From assembly GCA_964016885.1 (NCBI GenBank), contig OZ024747.1, positions 31,682,001 through 31,746,000 on the forward strand: DNA of 64,000 bases, written 5' to 3'. Shown in pieces: positions 1 to 13,080 of this stretch (its first letter is position 1; each line of letters starts with the position of its first letter). Source of the DNA: Eledone cirrhosa. Lineage: Eukaryota. The notes below the pieces were generated by a model, which was given only the letters and a program-made list of their open reading frames with translations, was not told where the DNA came from and made no database searches. A program made the position numbers and the translations under genes.

Positions 1-675
1 CATTTTTAGAGAGAACCCTTTAGCGGCCAATAGTGGTATAAGCTCTCTGAACTTTTTCCATCCCGTTCTGACTCTAGCTACTGTACTTTCAGAGCACCCT
101 CCACCACTGCTGATTTTGTCACCCAGGTAACGGAAGGTGTCCACTATTTCTATAGAACCATCTGTGCAATGGAATGAGCTAGTATTCTGTGGGCACTTGC
201 TACTACTTATTGCACCTGACCACCGGCCACATATAAAATCTATATTCTTAGTTAGTTTACCTGTGATCCCACTACATCTTTTATGCACCCATACTTTGCA
301 TTTGGGACATAAAATGGAGTTTCTGCCTACTCCTTTCCTACACACTGAGCATGGCCATTTCCCAGATGGGACCAGTGCCCTATTCTCCTTCCTACATATT
401 AGGACTTTAGTCTTAGACAAGTTAACTTTAAGGCCTTTTGATTCTAGGCCATGCTTCCATGTTTGGAATTTCTTCTCTAGTTCAGCCATCGATTCGGCTA
501 TGAGCGTTAGATCATCTGCGTATAGAAGTTCCCATGGGCAGCCGGTCTTCAACTCCTCTGTTATAGCTTGAAGGGCAATAATAAATAGAAGTGGGCTAAG
601 GACAGAGCCTTGATGAACACCAACCTTTACGCTAAATTCTTCACTATATTCGTTGTTAATTCTAACCTTGCTGAC

Positions 676-680
<5 letters not shown>
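1..680 (-). mobile_element. RTE LINE family A fragment (RT C-terminal half with PHD-like finger)
   Basis: Closely matches 15500-16175 of the intact copy. The minus strand encodes GVHQGSVLSPLLF, WELLYADD, CSVC..CPKCKVWVHKRC and FRYLG. It runs off the window start. Confidence 0.93.
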
Positions 681-740
<60 letters not shown>

Positions 741-743
<3 letters not shown>

Positions 744-1260
744 GAGGCACATGGCTTAGTGGTTAGAGCATTGGCCTTGCAATCGAAAGGTTGTGAGTTC
801 AATTCTCAGACCGGGTGATGTGTTGTTTCCTTGAGCAAGACACTTTATTTCACATTGCTCCAGTTTACTCAGCTGTAGAAATGAGATGATAGGGACTGGG
901 GTCCATATCATTCCACTGCGAAGTGGTCGTGGAGGTGCCACGGCAAAAAAGCACCCAGCCCACACTGTAAATGAGGTTGGTGTTAGGAAGGGCATCCAGC
1001 TGTAGAAATCAAGCCAAAATCAGTTCCCGTCCCACTCCAGTTTACTCAGCTGTAGAAATGAGATGATAGGGCTGGGGTCCGTATCATTCCACTGCAAAGT
1101 GGAGTGGTCGTGGAGATGGCAAAAAAGCATCTAGCACTCACTGTAAATGAGGTTGGTGTTAGGAAGGGCATCCAGATGTAGAAATCAAGCCAGAATCAGT
1201 TCCCGTCCCACCCTTGCAAGCAGTGAAAAGCGGATGTAAAATGAGGATGAAAATGAGGAT
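741..1260 (+). mobile_element. tRNA-derived CORE-type SINE with RTE-derived 3' tail (internal partial duplication)
   Basis: A box TGGCTTAGTGG, B box GTTCAATTC and CORE-like CCTTGAGCAAGACACTTTA..CAGCTGTAGAAATGAG. The 3' end CCCTTGCAAGCAG.GAAAAGCGGA.GTAAAATGA matches the RTE family B tail. About 858-1030 is repeated at about 1036-1210. Confidence 0.85.
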
Positions 1261-2246
1261 ATATAAATTTTGAGTATATGTTGGTTATATACCAACACCT
1301 CAGTATGCAGATTGGGGCACTCGTCTCTACGACACTAATTCGGACTGCCTGAAGAGGCCACAGACAAAGATGGCTGTCACCAAAATATATATATAGCGGT
1401 AATAAACGAAGCCAAATTTTAAATATTTGACTTATTTATTTTAGTTTATTTTATATATATGTTTGTGTACATATATATATATATAGGAGATCAATAGGTG
1501 TGGGTATAACACTCATTCGTTACCAAGTCATAAACGTTCAATGTGTTACTGATGCTTACAATTACATTTCGATAAATCAAAACAGTCATTGAAATGAATA
1601 AAGTTATTTGAACTACTATAAAATCTTTGGTTTTTTTCCACCTAATTATACATATATATATTCATCAGAAAATCGAACGAGAAATTATACAAGAAAAAGA
1701 AAGATAGAGGAGGGCGAGCAGTGGCAGAAAGTAAAAAATATTTATTTGAGAAAAAACACTATTCTGGTCGCCCTCTCTTGGAAAACTACAACAGGATTCC
1801 TTGCTGTTTCTTTCAAGTACATTTATTCCCAAGGATATTAGTCAGCCAAAAAGTATATTGGAAGACCAATTTGCCACGCAATGGGATACAACTCGAAACT
1901 ATAATGGTTGCAAGTAAAATTGGTAACCAGACAGCCATGCTTGCAATTGTGTGCAAAGTGATTTTAATTCAGATGAATTGAGACTTTCAGATATATCTTC
2001 AGATTTATTATTTATTCCAGTGACTTCAAGATCAGTCTCTTTCTCCCTGTCAAAATAAAAATCAATCAGACAATGACTGGGAATGACATGGAAACCTATA
2101 AAAAGTCTAGATAATGATGTGTCACCAGAGTAGCAGAAACTTTGAGACGCAATAAAAGCATTAGAATCCATACAGCAGATATCAAGGCATTGGATCTTAA
2201 CTATTCAATGCACAAATATAATGTGGGGTGTATGTGTCTTTGTATG

Positions 2247-2289
<43 letters not shown>

Positions 2290-2777
2290 TTATATATGAT
2301 AAAAATATACACATAGAAATATATGCACACATAAACACATGTACACGTACATACACAGTCACACATACACACACACATATATAGAGAGACAGAGAAATGA
2401 TTTTCAGATAGACAAGTCTAACTCACAGAGAGTTACACAGTGCAATGTACATGTACGCTTATGAAATATAAACGTTTTGAAGACATTTTAAAACGTAATA
2501 TTCACGTATCTGACTGAATCTGTAGAATGCTAGTAATTGAATATATAACATATTCTATGAAGATATAAAATAGATACATGTATGCACACTAACTCAGTCA
2601 CACCCACACATACACTAATTCACTCACTCACATACACACTCACACAGATATGTACACACACACAAACTCACTGATATACATACAATAACACAGAAACTCC
2701 AATTCAAACACTAACTGAAACACATACATACACACTAAGTCACTCACACATACACTAATTCACATGCACACACATGC

Positions 2778-2990
2778 CTGATGATGATGATGATGAGATG
2801 TTGAGGATGACAATGAAGATGATGATGATGATGATGACTATGATGATGATGAAGATGACGGTGATGATTAGATGATAATGATGAGGTGATGATAATGATA
2901 ACATTGATGATGATGATGAAGATGATAATGATGATTGCTGAGAAGATGATACCAATTATGAAGACGATGGAGATAATGAAATGATAAGGA
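2778..2990. repeat. Degenerate (GAT)n microsatellite; similar tract at 3410-3670
   Basis: Directly visible GAT/GAC/GAA triplet runs. Confidence 0.9.
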
Positions 2991-3009
2991 TGAATACTTT
3001 TTGCAAGTC

Positions 3010-3260
3010 AACAAATATGTGATGTGGAAAAGCAGGACGCTTGCTTGGCAAGGTCACATATCTCACTGAAACCATTTCAGGGTGCAGTTGAGCGAAGGTG
3101 AAGAAGAGGCAGACAAAGAAAATCCCAGTCCAACAACATCAAGCACTGGACAGATCAAATACTGTGGTCATTCTATACATGATAGAGAATAGAGACCTGA
3201 AGTGACAGCTGGCAGCAAAAAACGTCTAGGGTGGCACCTCAACGACTGGCTGCACCAGTA
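3010..3260 (+). mobile_element. Old RTE (BovB-like) LINE 3' fragment
   Basis: Decayed frames read ..RTLAWQGHIS..LKPFQGAVE..RRGRQRKS..NNIKHWT, an RTE C-terminal signature. Confidence 0.6.
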
Positions 3261-4200
3261 GTGAGAATTTGAAGATGATGATGAATACTTTTTCTATCAT
3301 TAAACTATGAGCAGCTTCAGGCAGTTTGGTATCAAAAGGGTTAAAGTTTCAACATCATCATCATCAGTATTCAACATCCATTTTCCATGCTAGCATGAGT
3401 TAGATGTGCTGCCATGTTATGATGACAATGAAAATGATAACATTGATGATGAGGACGATAATGATGATTGATGAAGAGGAGGATGATACCAATTACGTTG
3501 ACAAGTATGATGATGACAATGACAATGATAACATTGATGATGAAGACAATAATGATGATAATGGTGATTGATGATGAGAAGGACGATACCGATTCTGATG
3601 ACAAGGATGATGATGAAGTGGAGGAAGATAATGATTCTGATAATGATGATGATGATGATGATGATATTTGTATACTAATGATTAGCAATGTTATATCACT
3701 GGAGAAGACAAGGTCTTCAGATGAACTTGTTTGTGTCATATTGCTGACACAATTGATGTTTACCAATTCTATTTCAGACAGTTGTTGACCTCTCTACAAT
3801 AGGATTTTCTAGGTTAAAACAGAATCATTTAAATTTCCTTTTGTATATTGTTTTCTTTTCCTGACAGAACATCAAAAAAGATATTGCTATTGAATTATCT
3901 CAACTGTTTTAAACAACTCAACTGAATATATCAACTAACATCGCTCTTGCTCTCTCTCTCTCTTTCTTTCTTTCTCTAATCCTCTCTTACTCTTTATTTT
4001 TTCCTTCTCTGCCTCTATTGTTGTCTCTAGCTTTTCGTCCCCTCCCGTCTCTTCCAAAAAGACGTTTTAGGTGAAATAACATCAAAGATTCAAGCAAGCA
4101 GATGCGACAAGTACATACAGCACACACATACACATATATATTTTGTCATTTCTTTTAACTATATATATGTATGTGTGTGGGTGTGTGTATACATACATAC

Positions 4201-4252
<52 letters not shown>

Positions 4253-4347
4253 ACTCACTGTGTATATATGCATCTGGGTGTCTATGCATGCCTGTTTGTC
4301 TGTTTACAATAATAATTACTATAAATAAACTTGTATTTTATCAAATA

Positions 4348-5370
4348 CTAGCAGTAAAGCCCGGCGTTGCTCGGGGTCGCTCAGTAGCTGTGTTAAAGTT
4401 ACAATGTTAAGTTTCTTTTTTGGCTTAAAAAATGTAGTGTCTACTGTGCAGACTTGCATGTGGTGTTTTTGATTAATATTCCCTCAACCAACAATATGCC
4501 TTATGAAGTTAAGAAAACATAACGATAACCCCAATGTTATAACAAAAGAGGATGCTGGGGATAAAAACTGCACTGGTTATTTATTAACAAAGATCGAAAA
4601 TGTAAACACTGCAACGCAGAGAAAAACATTAGCGTAACCAAATTATCAGTTATGTCTGTCTGCACGCCTATATCACCTCTCTGCACGACTATCTGTCTGC
4701 ACGCCTATATCACCTCTCTGCACGACTGTTTGTCTGCACGCCTATATCACCTCTCTGCACGACTGTCTGTCTGCACGCCTATATCACCTCTCTGCACGAC
4801 TATCTGTCTGCACGCGTATATCACCTCTCTGCACGACTGTCTGTCTGCACGACTGTCTGTCTGCACGCCTATATCACCTCTCTGCACGACTATCTGTCTG
4901 CACGCGTATATCACCTCTCTGCACGACTGTCTGTCTGCACGACTGTCTGTCTGCACGCCTAACGACGAAATATTTGCTTGTTTTACGTAGTCTTTAAATA
5001 GACTTGTTTTCAAGTAAAAATATTGTTTTAAAATGCTTTTAAATGGAAATGAAGCAAAACGGAAGCTTAGTGTTCGAACTGATGAATGTCATTTTAAACG
5101 CTGAGAAAGCCAGCGTAATTTTTTACGTAAGACGCTCAATGTAAACAGAACAAAGGGAAATAACTGATCACTTACGCTCAAAAATCGATACATTATATTC
5201 GATTTCGTCACATAGGGTGGGTCAATTTGAAATATTTTTTTTCCGATGTCTTCGCTAGGGCTCAATGTACAAGTCTAGCAATTTCGGTGCAATTCCGTGA
5301 GAGATTCTAAGAGGAGATGTGTGCCAAAAATCGATAGACAGACAGACAACCACAGTTTTATATATATAGA
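4348..5370 (-). mobile_element. Non-autonomous Helitron
   Basis: The minus strand starts TC (TCTATATATA) and ends CTAG, with the subterminal hairpin CCCGAGCAACGCCGGG (plus 4360-4375). It sits between A and T with no TSD. Confidence 0.85.
4653..4960. repeat. 37-bp minisatellite inside the Helitron
   Basis: Unit GTCTGCACGCCTATATCACCTCTCTGCACGACT(A/G)TCT, about 7 copies plus 16-bp sub-units. Confidence 0.92.
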
Positions 5371-5504
5371 TTTATAATACATCTTGTTTACTTTGTTCCT
5401 GTACCCAATGGAATATTGAGAGTACATTTTATCATGACACCAATACTAGGGTGGTTGTAATGTCTTTAATACAATTGAAGAGTCCTCTTTACCCTTTCTT
5501 TCAC

Positions 5505-6150
5505 TAACTGGTGTACATCAGGGTTCTGTCCTTAGCCCCCTTCTATTTATTATTGCTATTCAGGCTATAACAGAGGAGTATTATTGCTATTCAGGCTATA
5601 ACAGAGGAGTGGGAACTTCTATACGCAGATGATCTAACTCTTACAGCTGAATCTATGGCTGAACTAGAAAAGAAATTCCAAACATGGAAGCATGACTAAA
5701 TTTCTAGTAGGTAGAAAGGAAAATAGGGCACAGGTCCCCTCTGGGAAATGGACATGCTTAGTCTGTAGGAAAGGAGTAGGCAGAAATTCCATTTTATGTC
5801 CCAAATGCAAACTATGGGTACACAAAAGATGTAGTGGGATCGCAGGTAAGCTGTCTAAGTAAGTAGATTTTATATGTGGTTGGTGTTCAGGTGCAGTAAG
5901 TAGCAAGTGCCCACAGGTTACTAGCTCCTTCTATTGCCCAAATGGCTCTATAGAAATAGTGGACACCCTCCGTTACCTGGGTGACAAAATGAGCAGTGGT
6001 GGAGGGTGCTCTGAAAGTACAGTAGCCAGAGTTAGAACAGGGTGGAAAAAGTCCAGAGAGCTTATACCGCTGTCGGCCACAAATGATTTCTCTCTAAAAA
6101 TGAAAGGCAGATTGTATGATGCTTGTATACTAACAGCAATGTTACATGGC
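5505..6150 (+). mobile_element. RTE family A decayed fragment
   Basis: GVHQGSVLSP, YADD, PHD-like region and LRYLGDKMSSGGGCSESTVARVRTGWKK, with frameshifts, stops and a ~30-bp internal duplication. Confidence 0.9.
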
Positions 6151-6170
6151 AGGAAAATGATGATGATATA

Positions 6171-6221
<51 letters not shown>

Positions 6222-6392
6222 CAGGAAAATGTTCAGGAACCCGACGGTAGAACTCAAGCAGTTTCTACGGCTATTTCTGGACTGCAGTATCGAATCCTCT
6301 GGTGCGTTATGGTCCACCTGATTCCTTGCCACACATCCTTCGTTATATATATATATATACATTATATATATATATATTATATAAATATATAC

Positions 6393-6605
6393 ATGGTGGG
6401 CGGTGGAGGAACTCCTGCCGAGACGAATATCTCGGAGGTGCTCCGTGAACCGCCAGGCAATGTCCGGTCTGTCCATAGACGAGGTTGGAGGAGGTGCAGC
6501 AGAAGGCGAGACCATTAGAACCCTGGGAGGTGCTGGTGTTGGTAATGTTGGGGCAGGTGTGGCAGCGCGGTCTGGAGTAGGCAAGGGAACCGGGGGAGAG
6601 GGGAT
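6393..6605 (-). mobile_element. Penelope-like element GIY-YIG fragment
   Basis: Minus frames RPRCHTCPNITNT..FCCTSSNLVYGQTG and RFTEHLRDIR..STAHH, typical of a PLE zinc-knuckle/GIY-YIG region. Confidence 0.7.
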
Positions 6606-6613
6606 ATACATTA

Positions 6614-6770
6614 TACAGGGTCGGACACCATGCTTTGACGCATAGAGTTACGGCCCTTGCCATTCTGAGTTCAAATCCCGCCGAGGTTAACTCACGGGTT
6701 CGATAAAATAAAATACAAGTAAAGTACTGGGTAATTGCTGGCCTTGTGCCAAAAGCAGAAAAAATTATAA
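6614..6770 (+). mobile_element. Meta-domain-type tRNA SINE (partial)
   Basis: GAGTTCAAATCCCGCCGAGG..GATAAAATAAA..ACTGGGTAATTGCTGGCCTTGTGCC, same family as 18446 and 21095. Confidence 0.75.
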
Positions 6771-6859
6771 ATATACATATATGCATTACATATATATATA
6801 TATATATATATATATGACATATGCATTATATATATGTATATGTATAATGCATATATATT

Positions 6860-6905
<46 letters not shown>

Positions 6906-7214
6906 TTATATATATATATGGTTCTGTTACTACTTCTACCAAACTCGTCCCATGGACTGAGTGCTCTACTACTATGGATATTACCTTCCAGTGTTCTACC
7001 TCTATATGCATTATATATATATATATTGTTATACTTTGGGAGGGTCATGTTGCCAATAAGAAACACACGCACCAGTTGCTTTCACTCCAATTTATTGGTT
7101 CCTATTACCCACTCTACTACCTCAAGTATTGAGTACTTTGGTGCGTTATGGTGCACCTGGTTCCTTACCACATTTCCTCCGTTATATATATATATATATA
7201 TACCTGAGTATATA

Positions 7215-10200
7215 TCATCATCATCATCATCATCATCATTTTACGTCCGCTCTTCCCTGCTTGAAAGGGTGGGATGGGTCTTATTCAGCACAACATCTCT
7301 CCACTTGTCATGGTGCTTCGTCATCTCCACCGTGAGCTTCAGCGATCTGAGGTCTGTTCTCACCACCTCCGCCCATGATTTTCGTGATCTACCTCTACCA
7401 CGTCTTCCTTCAACTGGCATTTCCTGGCACTTCTTCACCCATCGGTCACCCTCCATGCGCATCACATGTCCATACCACCTCAGTCTCCTCTCCCGTACAC
7501 TACATTCTATCCCTCTCAGACACAGTTTCTCTCTCAACACATTCATGCTGGGTCGTTCACGCACATTGACACTGGACATCCAACGGAGCATGCTTGCCCC
7601 ATTTCTCTGCAGCCGTCGCATATCTGCTGCAGTTGCTGCCCATGTCTCACTACCATGCAACATCGCAATCCTCACACAGGCATCATATAACCGGCCTTTC
7701 GAACGCAGGGAGAAACCCTTCTTCGTCAGCAGAGGAAGCAGCTCCCTAAACTTCTTCCAACCCGTCCTTATTCTAGATACTATGGCATCGGAACACCCCC
7801 CTCCTAGCTAATCTGATCTCCTGGGTACCGTAAGCTATCCACCACTTCTATAGCATCCACCTGCATTTGAAAATGTGTCTATCAATGCGACTTCTACTGT
7901 CTAATTTCCCTGTACATCTACTGCATACATATTTCTCCCTACCTGTTAATTTGCCTGCTATCCCGCTACATCTCTTGTGTACCCAGGATCTGAATTGTGT
8001 GCATTTTATAGAATTTGTGCCAGTTACTTTTCTGCATATCGAACATGGCCATTTCCCTGACGGAATCCCTGAGTTTTGTCCTCTTTTCTACTCATCAAAA
8101 CGTTTGTCTCAGCTAGGTTCACTCTCAGTCCTCTTGCTTCCAACTGCTGTTTCCATAGCCAGAATTTATTCTCTAGCTCATCTACTGATTCTGCTCTAAG
8201 AACCAGATCGTCAGCATAGAGAAGTTCCCATGGACAGCCAGTCTTAAACTCCTCTGTTATGGCTTGACGGACTATAATGAACAAGAGCGGGCTGAGGACC
8301 GAACCTTGATGTAATCCTACTTGAATCTGGAATTCCTCATTAAACTCCATTCCTACCCTGACTTTACTGACAGTACCTCTGTACAAAGTTTGCACTGTCC
8401 TCACAAGCCATTCCTCAACACCTAGTTTCCTTAGGGACCACCAGATGATAGATCGGGGTACCCTATCAAAGGCCTTCTCTAGATCAACAAAGGCTAAGTA
8501 TAGTGGCTTATTTTTCTCTAAGAACCTCTCTTGCAATTGTCCCACCAATGAGAGGGCATCTGTCGTACTCTTCCCAGGCACAAAACCAAACTGCATCTCA
8601 TCTAATTTGACCCTTTCTCTAATTAGTTGTGCTGGTATCCTTTCTGCCACTTTCATAACCTGATCCATCAGTTTTATACTCCTATAATTGTTCCTCTCCA
8701 GAGCATCCCCTTTACCTTTGTAGCAATTTATGACTATTACTGCTGCACCAGTCTTTGGGTTTGACACCACCATATATAGCCTGATTGATGATGCGTGCAA
8801 CCAGTTTAGTGCCTACGTCCCCTGATGCCTTCAGCATCTCAGCAACTATTCCCGATGGTCCAGCAGCCTTACCCTTTTTCATTTCCTTAATCGCCTCTTG
8901 GACACTATATTCGTCAATCTCAATAGCTGGTTCCTCTGTCGGATCTACTGAGGGTAATTTCTCTCTCTCCCATTCGTTCTCCCCATTCATCAGTCTCTCA
9001 TAATGACATTTCCAGCCCTCCTTTTTCTGATCATTCGTGACACTAAGTCCACCGGCATCATTCCGGACAGATTTATCTCCAACAACATCCTGATTTGCAT
9101 TGACACACTGCCTTGCAATGTGGAACACTGCACGCCTCTGATCTTCCCATTGCAGAACATTGGCAAACCTCCTACTCTCAACCTCCCTGCATGCTAAGTA
9201 CATCTGACGTCTAGCTTCTCTCTTAGCGGCTGTATATTCTTCCCTTCTCTTACCCTTTTATTTCAAAGCCTTCCATGCTAGTCTTTTGTCTCTAATGTCC
9301 TTATCTACTGTGCTGTTCCACCACCAGGTCACTCTCTGTCTAGTTGGAGCTCTGCTCCAGCCACAAGTTTCATTAGTAGCCTGCAGTAAGTTGTCACGTA
9401 AGAAATTCCAGTTATTATCTATGTCATACGTCTCTAAATCGTCTTCTTTTTCGTCATACGCATCTTGAAGGGCTTTCCTAAATTTGTATTTTAGTGAAAG
9501 GTCTTTTAGATTCCAGACCTTTCTTCTCCACACATTCCTGTATGTCTCATTCCATCTCTTGCTTACTGAGATATCACTAACGACTATCCTATGCTGTGGG
9601 GTACATTCTTCCCCAGGGTATGCCTTGGTATTAGACACTATCTGCCTGTCCCGCTGCCTAACTAGTAAGAAGTCAATCTGGCTTATGTGCTCGCTAGATT
9701 TGAAGGTTATTAGGTGGTTGGCAGGTTTCTGGAAGTTTGTGTTGTAAATACTCAGTGTACTTGCATCACAAAATTCAAGAAGTCTCATTCCTTCTTCATT
9801 TCTTGAGCCGTAACCGTGCCCACCATGTACCCCAGTGTAACCATCCTGGAGCTGTCCAACATTACCATTGAAGTCCCCCGCTAGCATAACGATGTCTCCG
9901 TCCTCTGTCATTGCGGTTGTTTGTAACAGTTGCTTGTAAAAGCAGTCTTTTCTCATCTTTGCCTAGGCCTGCTTGGGGGGCATAGGCAGAAATGATTGTC
10001 AACTAATCTAAGCTTAATTATTCGATTACTAACTCGAACAACCTCTATTGTCTTATTGATCCATCTCTCAGCCAGGAAAATGCCTACTCCCCCTAACCCA
10101 TCATCCTTACCTACCCAGAAAAGCTTATAGCTAAGATGTTTGCCTACGACTAGTCTCGCAGAGGCACCTCTCCATCTCACCCCTTGCACGCAGCACACAT

Positions 10201-10430
10201 CCACATGCCTTCTCTCCAGCATCTCCGCTATTTCAGCAGATCTACATCTGAGAGTGCCAACATTAAGTGTTGCAACTCTGAGATACGACGTCTTCATATT
10301 TTGTTGTTGTTCCTATCTATTTTTTGCTGTGCTGATAAGCGTTTTGGCATTGATACACTGGTTGGATGCCCTTCCTAACACCAGCGCCACTTTACAGCAT
10401 GGACTGGGTGCTTTTATTTGTGCCAGCAGC
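7215..10430 (-). mobile_element. Near full-length RTE LINE family B, frameshifted (APE endonuclease + RT + PHD-like finger)
   Basis: ATG at 10297 (LRVATLNVGTL), AGDFNG, AFVDLEKAFD, YADD, LRWYGHV, and a (GAT)n tail at about 7215-7240, spread over several frames. A putative 5' UTR lies upstream. Confidence 0.93.
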
Positions 10431-10684
10431 ACTAGAGAGGATGTCTTACTAGACTCAAGGGCCCTCTCTACCCCTCCATTTTACAGCATGGTCATAACCC
10501 CCCCCCCCCCCCCAAAAAAAAACACTTATTGACACGACACACACACACTCACACACATACACTCATGCATACAAACACACACACCACTCACATACATACA
10601 TACATATATATATATTTACCGGCAGTACTGATACAAAATTAAAATCATGTCAACTGTTGACTTTTCCCAGTCCAGTTCAGTTTT

Positions 10685-10722
<38 letters not shown>

Positions 10723-10739
10723 TGTTTGCTTTACGCTGA

Positions 10740-10920
10740 TGATGGTGGTGGTGAATGGTGGTGGTGATGGTGTTGGATGGTGTCAGTGATGGTGGTGGTG
10801 GTGGTGGATGGTGTTAGTCATGGTGATGGTGGTGGATGGTGTCAGTCATGGAGGTGGTGATGGTGGTAGTGGTGGAGGTGGTGGATGGTGTCAGTGATGG
10901 TGGTGGTGGTGGATGGTGAC
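10740..10920. repeat. (GGT)n-based low-complexity repeat
   Basis: Visible GGTGGT..GGATGGTGTCAGT units. Confidence 0.85.
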
Positions 10921-11941
10921 AAATTATTGAACTATTTTGCATGGTCAAGAATGGAACAATATCATTTTTAGTTCTACAAGTCTGTTAATGTTTCATAACC
11001 TTCACAAACCCATCTTCAAAATTGGTATCTTTCTTTGTCTTAGTACACCAGGTTTTCTGAACAGTGATTAGATAATGTATTTCTATGTCTTTAGCAAAGA
11101 TCACATCAGATGTTCAGAATAGTGTTTAGATGATATTTTTTATTTGCCATCATAAAACAAATGATGCCCTTCTTTGTTTAACTCCACTGGATTTCTTAGA
11201 TCAATCATTAAACAAAATCAGTGTTTTCCCTCAGAATCTCTGAGACAAGTAGCAGGTAGAGACGAAGGCAGCCTCAAACCAAAGACATTAGTTCAAACAC
11301 ATGTAACAGAGTGATCTTTGCTAAAGGCACCAAACAACAGGATGCAATGTTAAACAAGAATAATGGATTAAGTCTAACACTCCAGAACACAGAAGGCAAA
11401 GAGCCAGAACAAATATTGTACATGTGTGTGTATGTGTGTATGTGTATTTTGGCATGACTACATATGATCGTGTGCATATATATGTCGATATAATTTCAAT
11501 ATGAGCTTTTCTGCATGTGTGTATGTGTGATTATTTTGACAGGTTTGTCAATATTTCCATTTATAATATAGAAGTTTGTAACCTAGCAATATCTATCATG
11601 TTAACATGTTTCAGAGACTGACAGCACTGTTATCCTACAAGTCTCAGTTCTATTTTTTTTTACCATTTTGCTATAGTTTTATTATTATTATTACTATTGT
11701 TATCATTTGTAGTTTGATAATAATATCTTCATTGATTGACTTTAAAAAATGTCTTGAACGATGTTTCATTTACAAGGATGACTTTAAGAGGGAAACAAGA
11801 ACAAAAACAAAAACACTAAAAAAATGAAATGAAGAAAAACAATTAAGGAAAAACTTTTTGTATGGAGATGCAACTAAATGTAAAATTGATGATAAATAAC
11901 CCTGTAAATGTTGGTCAAGCCATTTCGACAGCTATTTCAGT

Positions 11942-12352
11942 GCTAAGTACACCTGACGTCTAGCTTCTCTCTTAGCGGCTGTGTATCCTTCCCTACTCCC
12001 ACCATTTTTCCAAGCCTTCCATGCCAGTCCTTTTTCTCTAATGGCCCTCTCTACCATGCTGTTCCACCAACAGGTCACTCTCTATCTGGTTGGAGCTCTG
12101 CTCCAGCCACAAGTTTCTTCAGTAGCCTGCAGTAAGTTGCCACATAAGAAATTCCAGTTATCATCTATGCCATGCAACTCTAAATCGTCTTCTTTTTCGT
12201 CATACACATCTTGAAGGGCTTTCCTAAATTTATATTTTAGTGAAAGATCTTTTAGCTTCCAGATCTTTCTTCTCCACACCTTCCTGTATGTCTCATTCCG
12301 TCTCTTGCTTACTGAGATGTCACTAACGACTAACCTATGCTGTGGAGTACAT
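11942..12352 (-). mobile_element. RTE family B internal fragment
   Basis: Close match to 9190-9605 (WKLKDLSLKYKFRKALQD..CGWSRAPTR). Confidence 0.9.
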
Positions 12353-12364
12353 AATTTAATTTCA

Positions 12365-13080
12365 TTTCATTTTATGTCCGCTTTTTCCCTGCTTGCAAGG
12401 AAACTGATTCTGGCTTGATTTCTACAGCTGGATGCCCTTCCTAACACCAACCTCATTTACGGTGAGTGCTGGGTGCTTTTTTGCCGTGGCACCTCCACGC
12501 CCACTTTGCAGTGGAATGATATGGACCCCAACCCTATCATCTCGTTTCTACAGCTGAGTAAACTGGAGCAATGTGAAATAAAGTGTATATATATATATAT
12601 AATATTATTTATATAAATAACATGCATATAATGTATATTGTTTACCATCATCATCATCATCATCGTTTTACGTCCGTTCTTCCACGCTAGCATGGGTTAG
12701 ACGGGTTGTCCTGTTGTGGGCAGTGTCCGGTCGGTTTACCTTGTCTTGCTCATATGGGAACTGATTCTGGCTTGATTTCTACAGCTGGATGCCCTTCCTA
12801 ACACCAACATCATTTACAGTGAGTGCCGGGTGCTTTTTTCCGAGGCGCCTACACATCCACTTTACAGTGTCGGCTGGGTGATTTTTTGCCGTGGTACCTC
12901 CACAACCACTTTGCAGTGGAATGAAAGGGACCCCAGTCCTATCATCTCATTTCTACAGCTAAGTAAACTGGAGCAATGTGAAATAAAGTGTCTTGCTCAA
13001 GGAAACAACACATCACCCGGTCTGAAAATTGAGCTCACAACCTTTCGATTGCAAGCCCAATGCTCTAACCACTAAGCCTT
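12365..13080 (-). mobile_element. Two CORE-type SINE copies (12365-12585 partial; 12647-13080)
   Basis: Reverse complement of the 741-1260 SINE. The second copy ends in a different RTE-like tail, CCCATGCTAGCGTGGAAGAACGGACGTAAAACGATG. Confidence 0.85.

Noticed and set aside
741-815. tRNA gene
   Set aside because: The tRNA-like A/B boxes continue into a SINE body present in multiple copies, so it is a SINE head.
3468-3788. Acidic Asp-rich protein (biomineralisation-like)
   Set aside because: Product of a degenerate (GAT)n tract, with no signal peptide or exon structure evident.
4653-4960. CRISPR-like array
   Set aside because: Head-to-tail repeats without unique spacers, inside a eukaryotic Helitron, with no cas genes.
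6393-6605. GC/G-rich block as a second hyper-edited segment
   Set aside because: It retains TA and AA dinucleotides on both strands and decodes as an ordinary GC-rich PLE GIY-YIG fragment.
6834-7811. 325-aa plus-strand ORF (and similar antisense ORFs at 137, 15254, 15668, 62819)
   Set aside because: Antisense shadows of RTE coding sequence fused to microsatellites.
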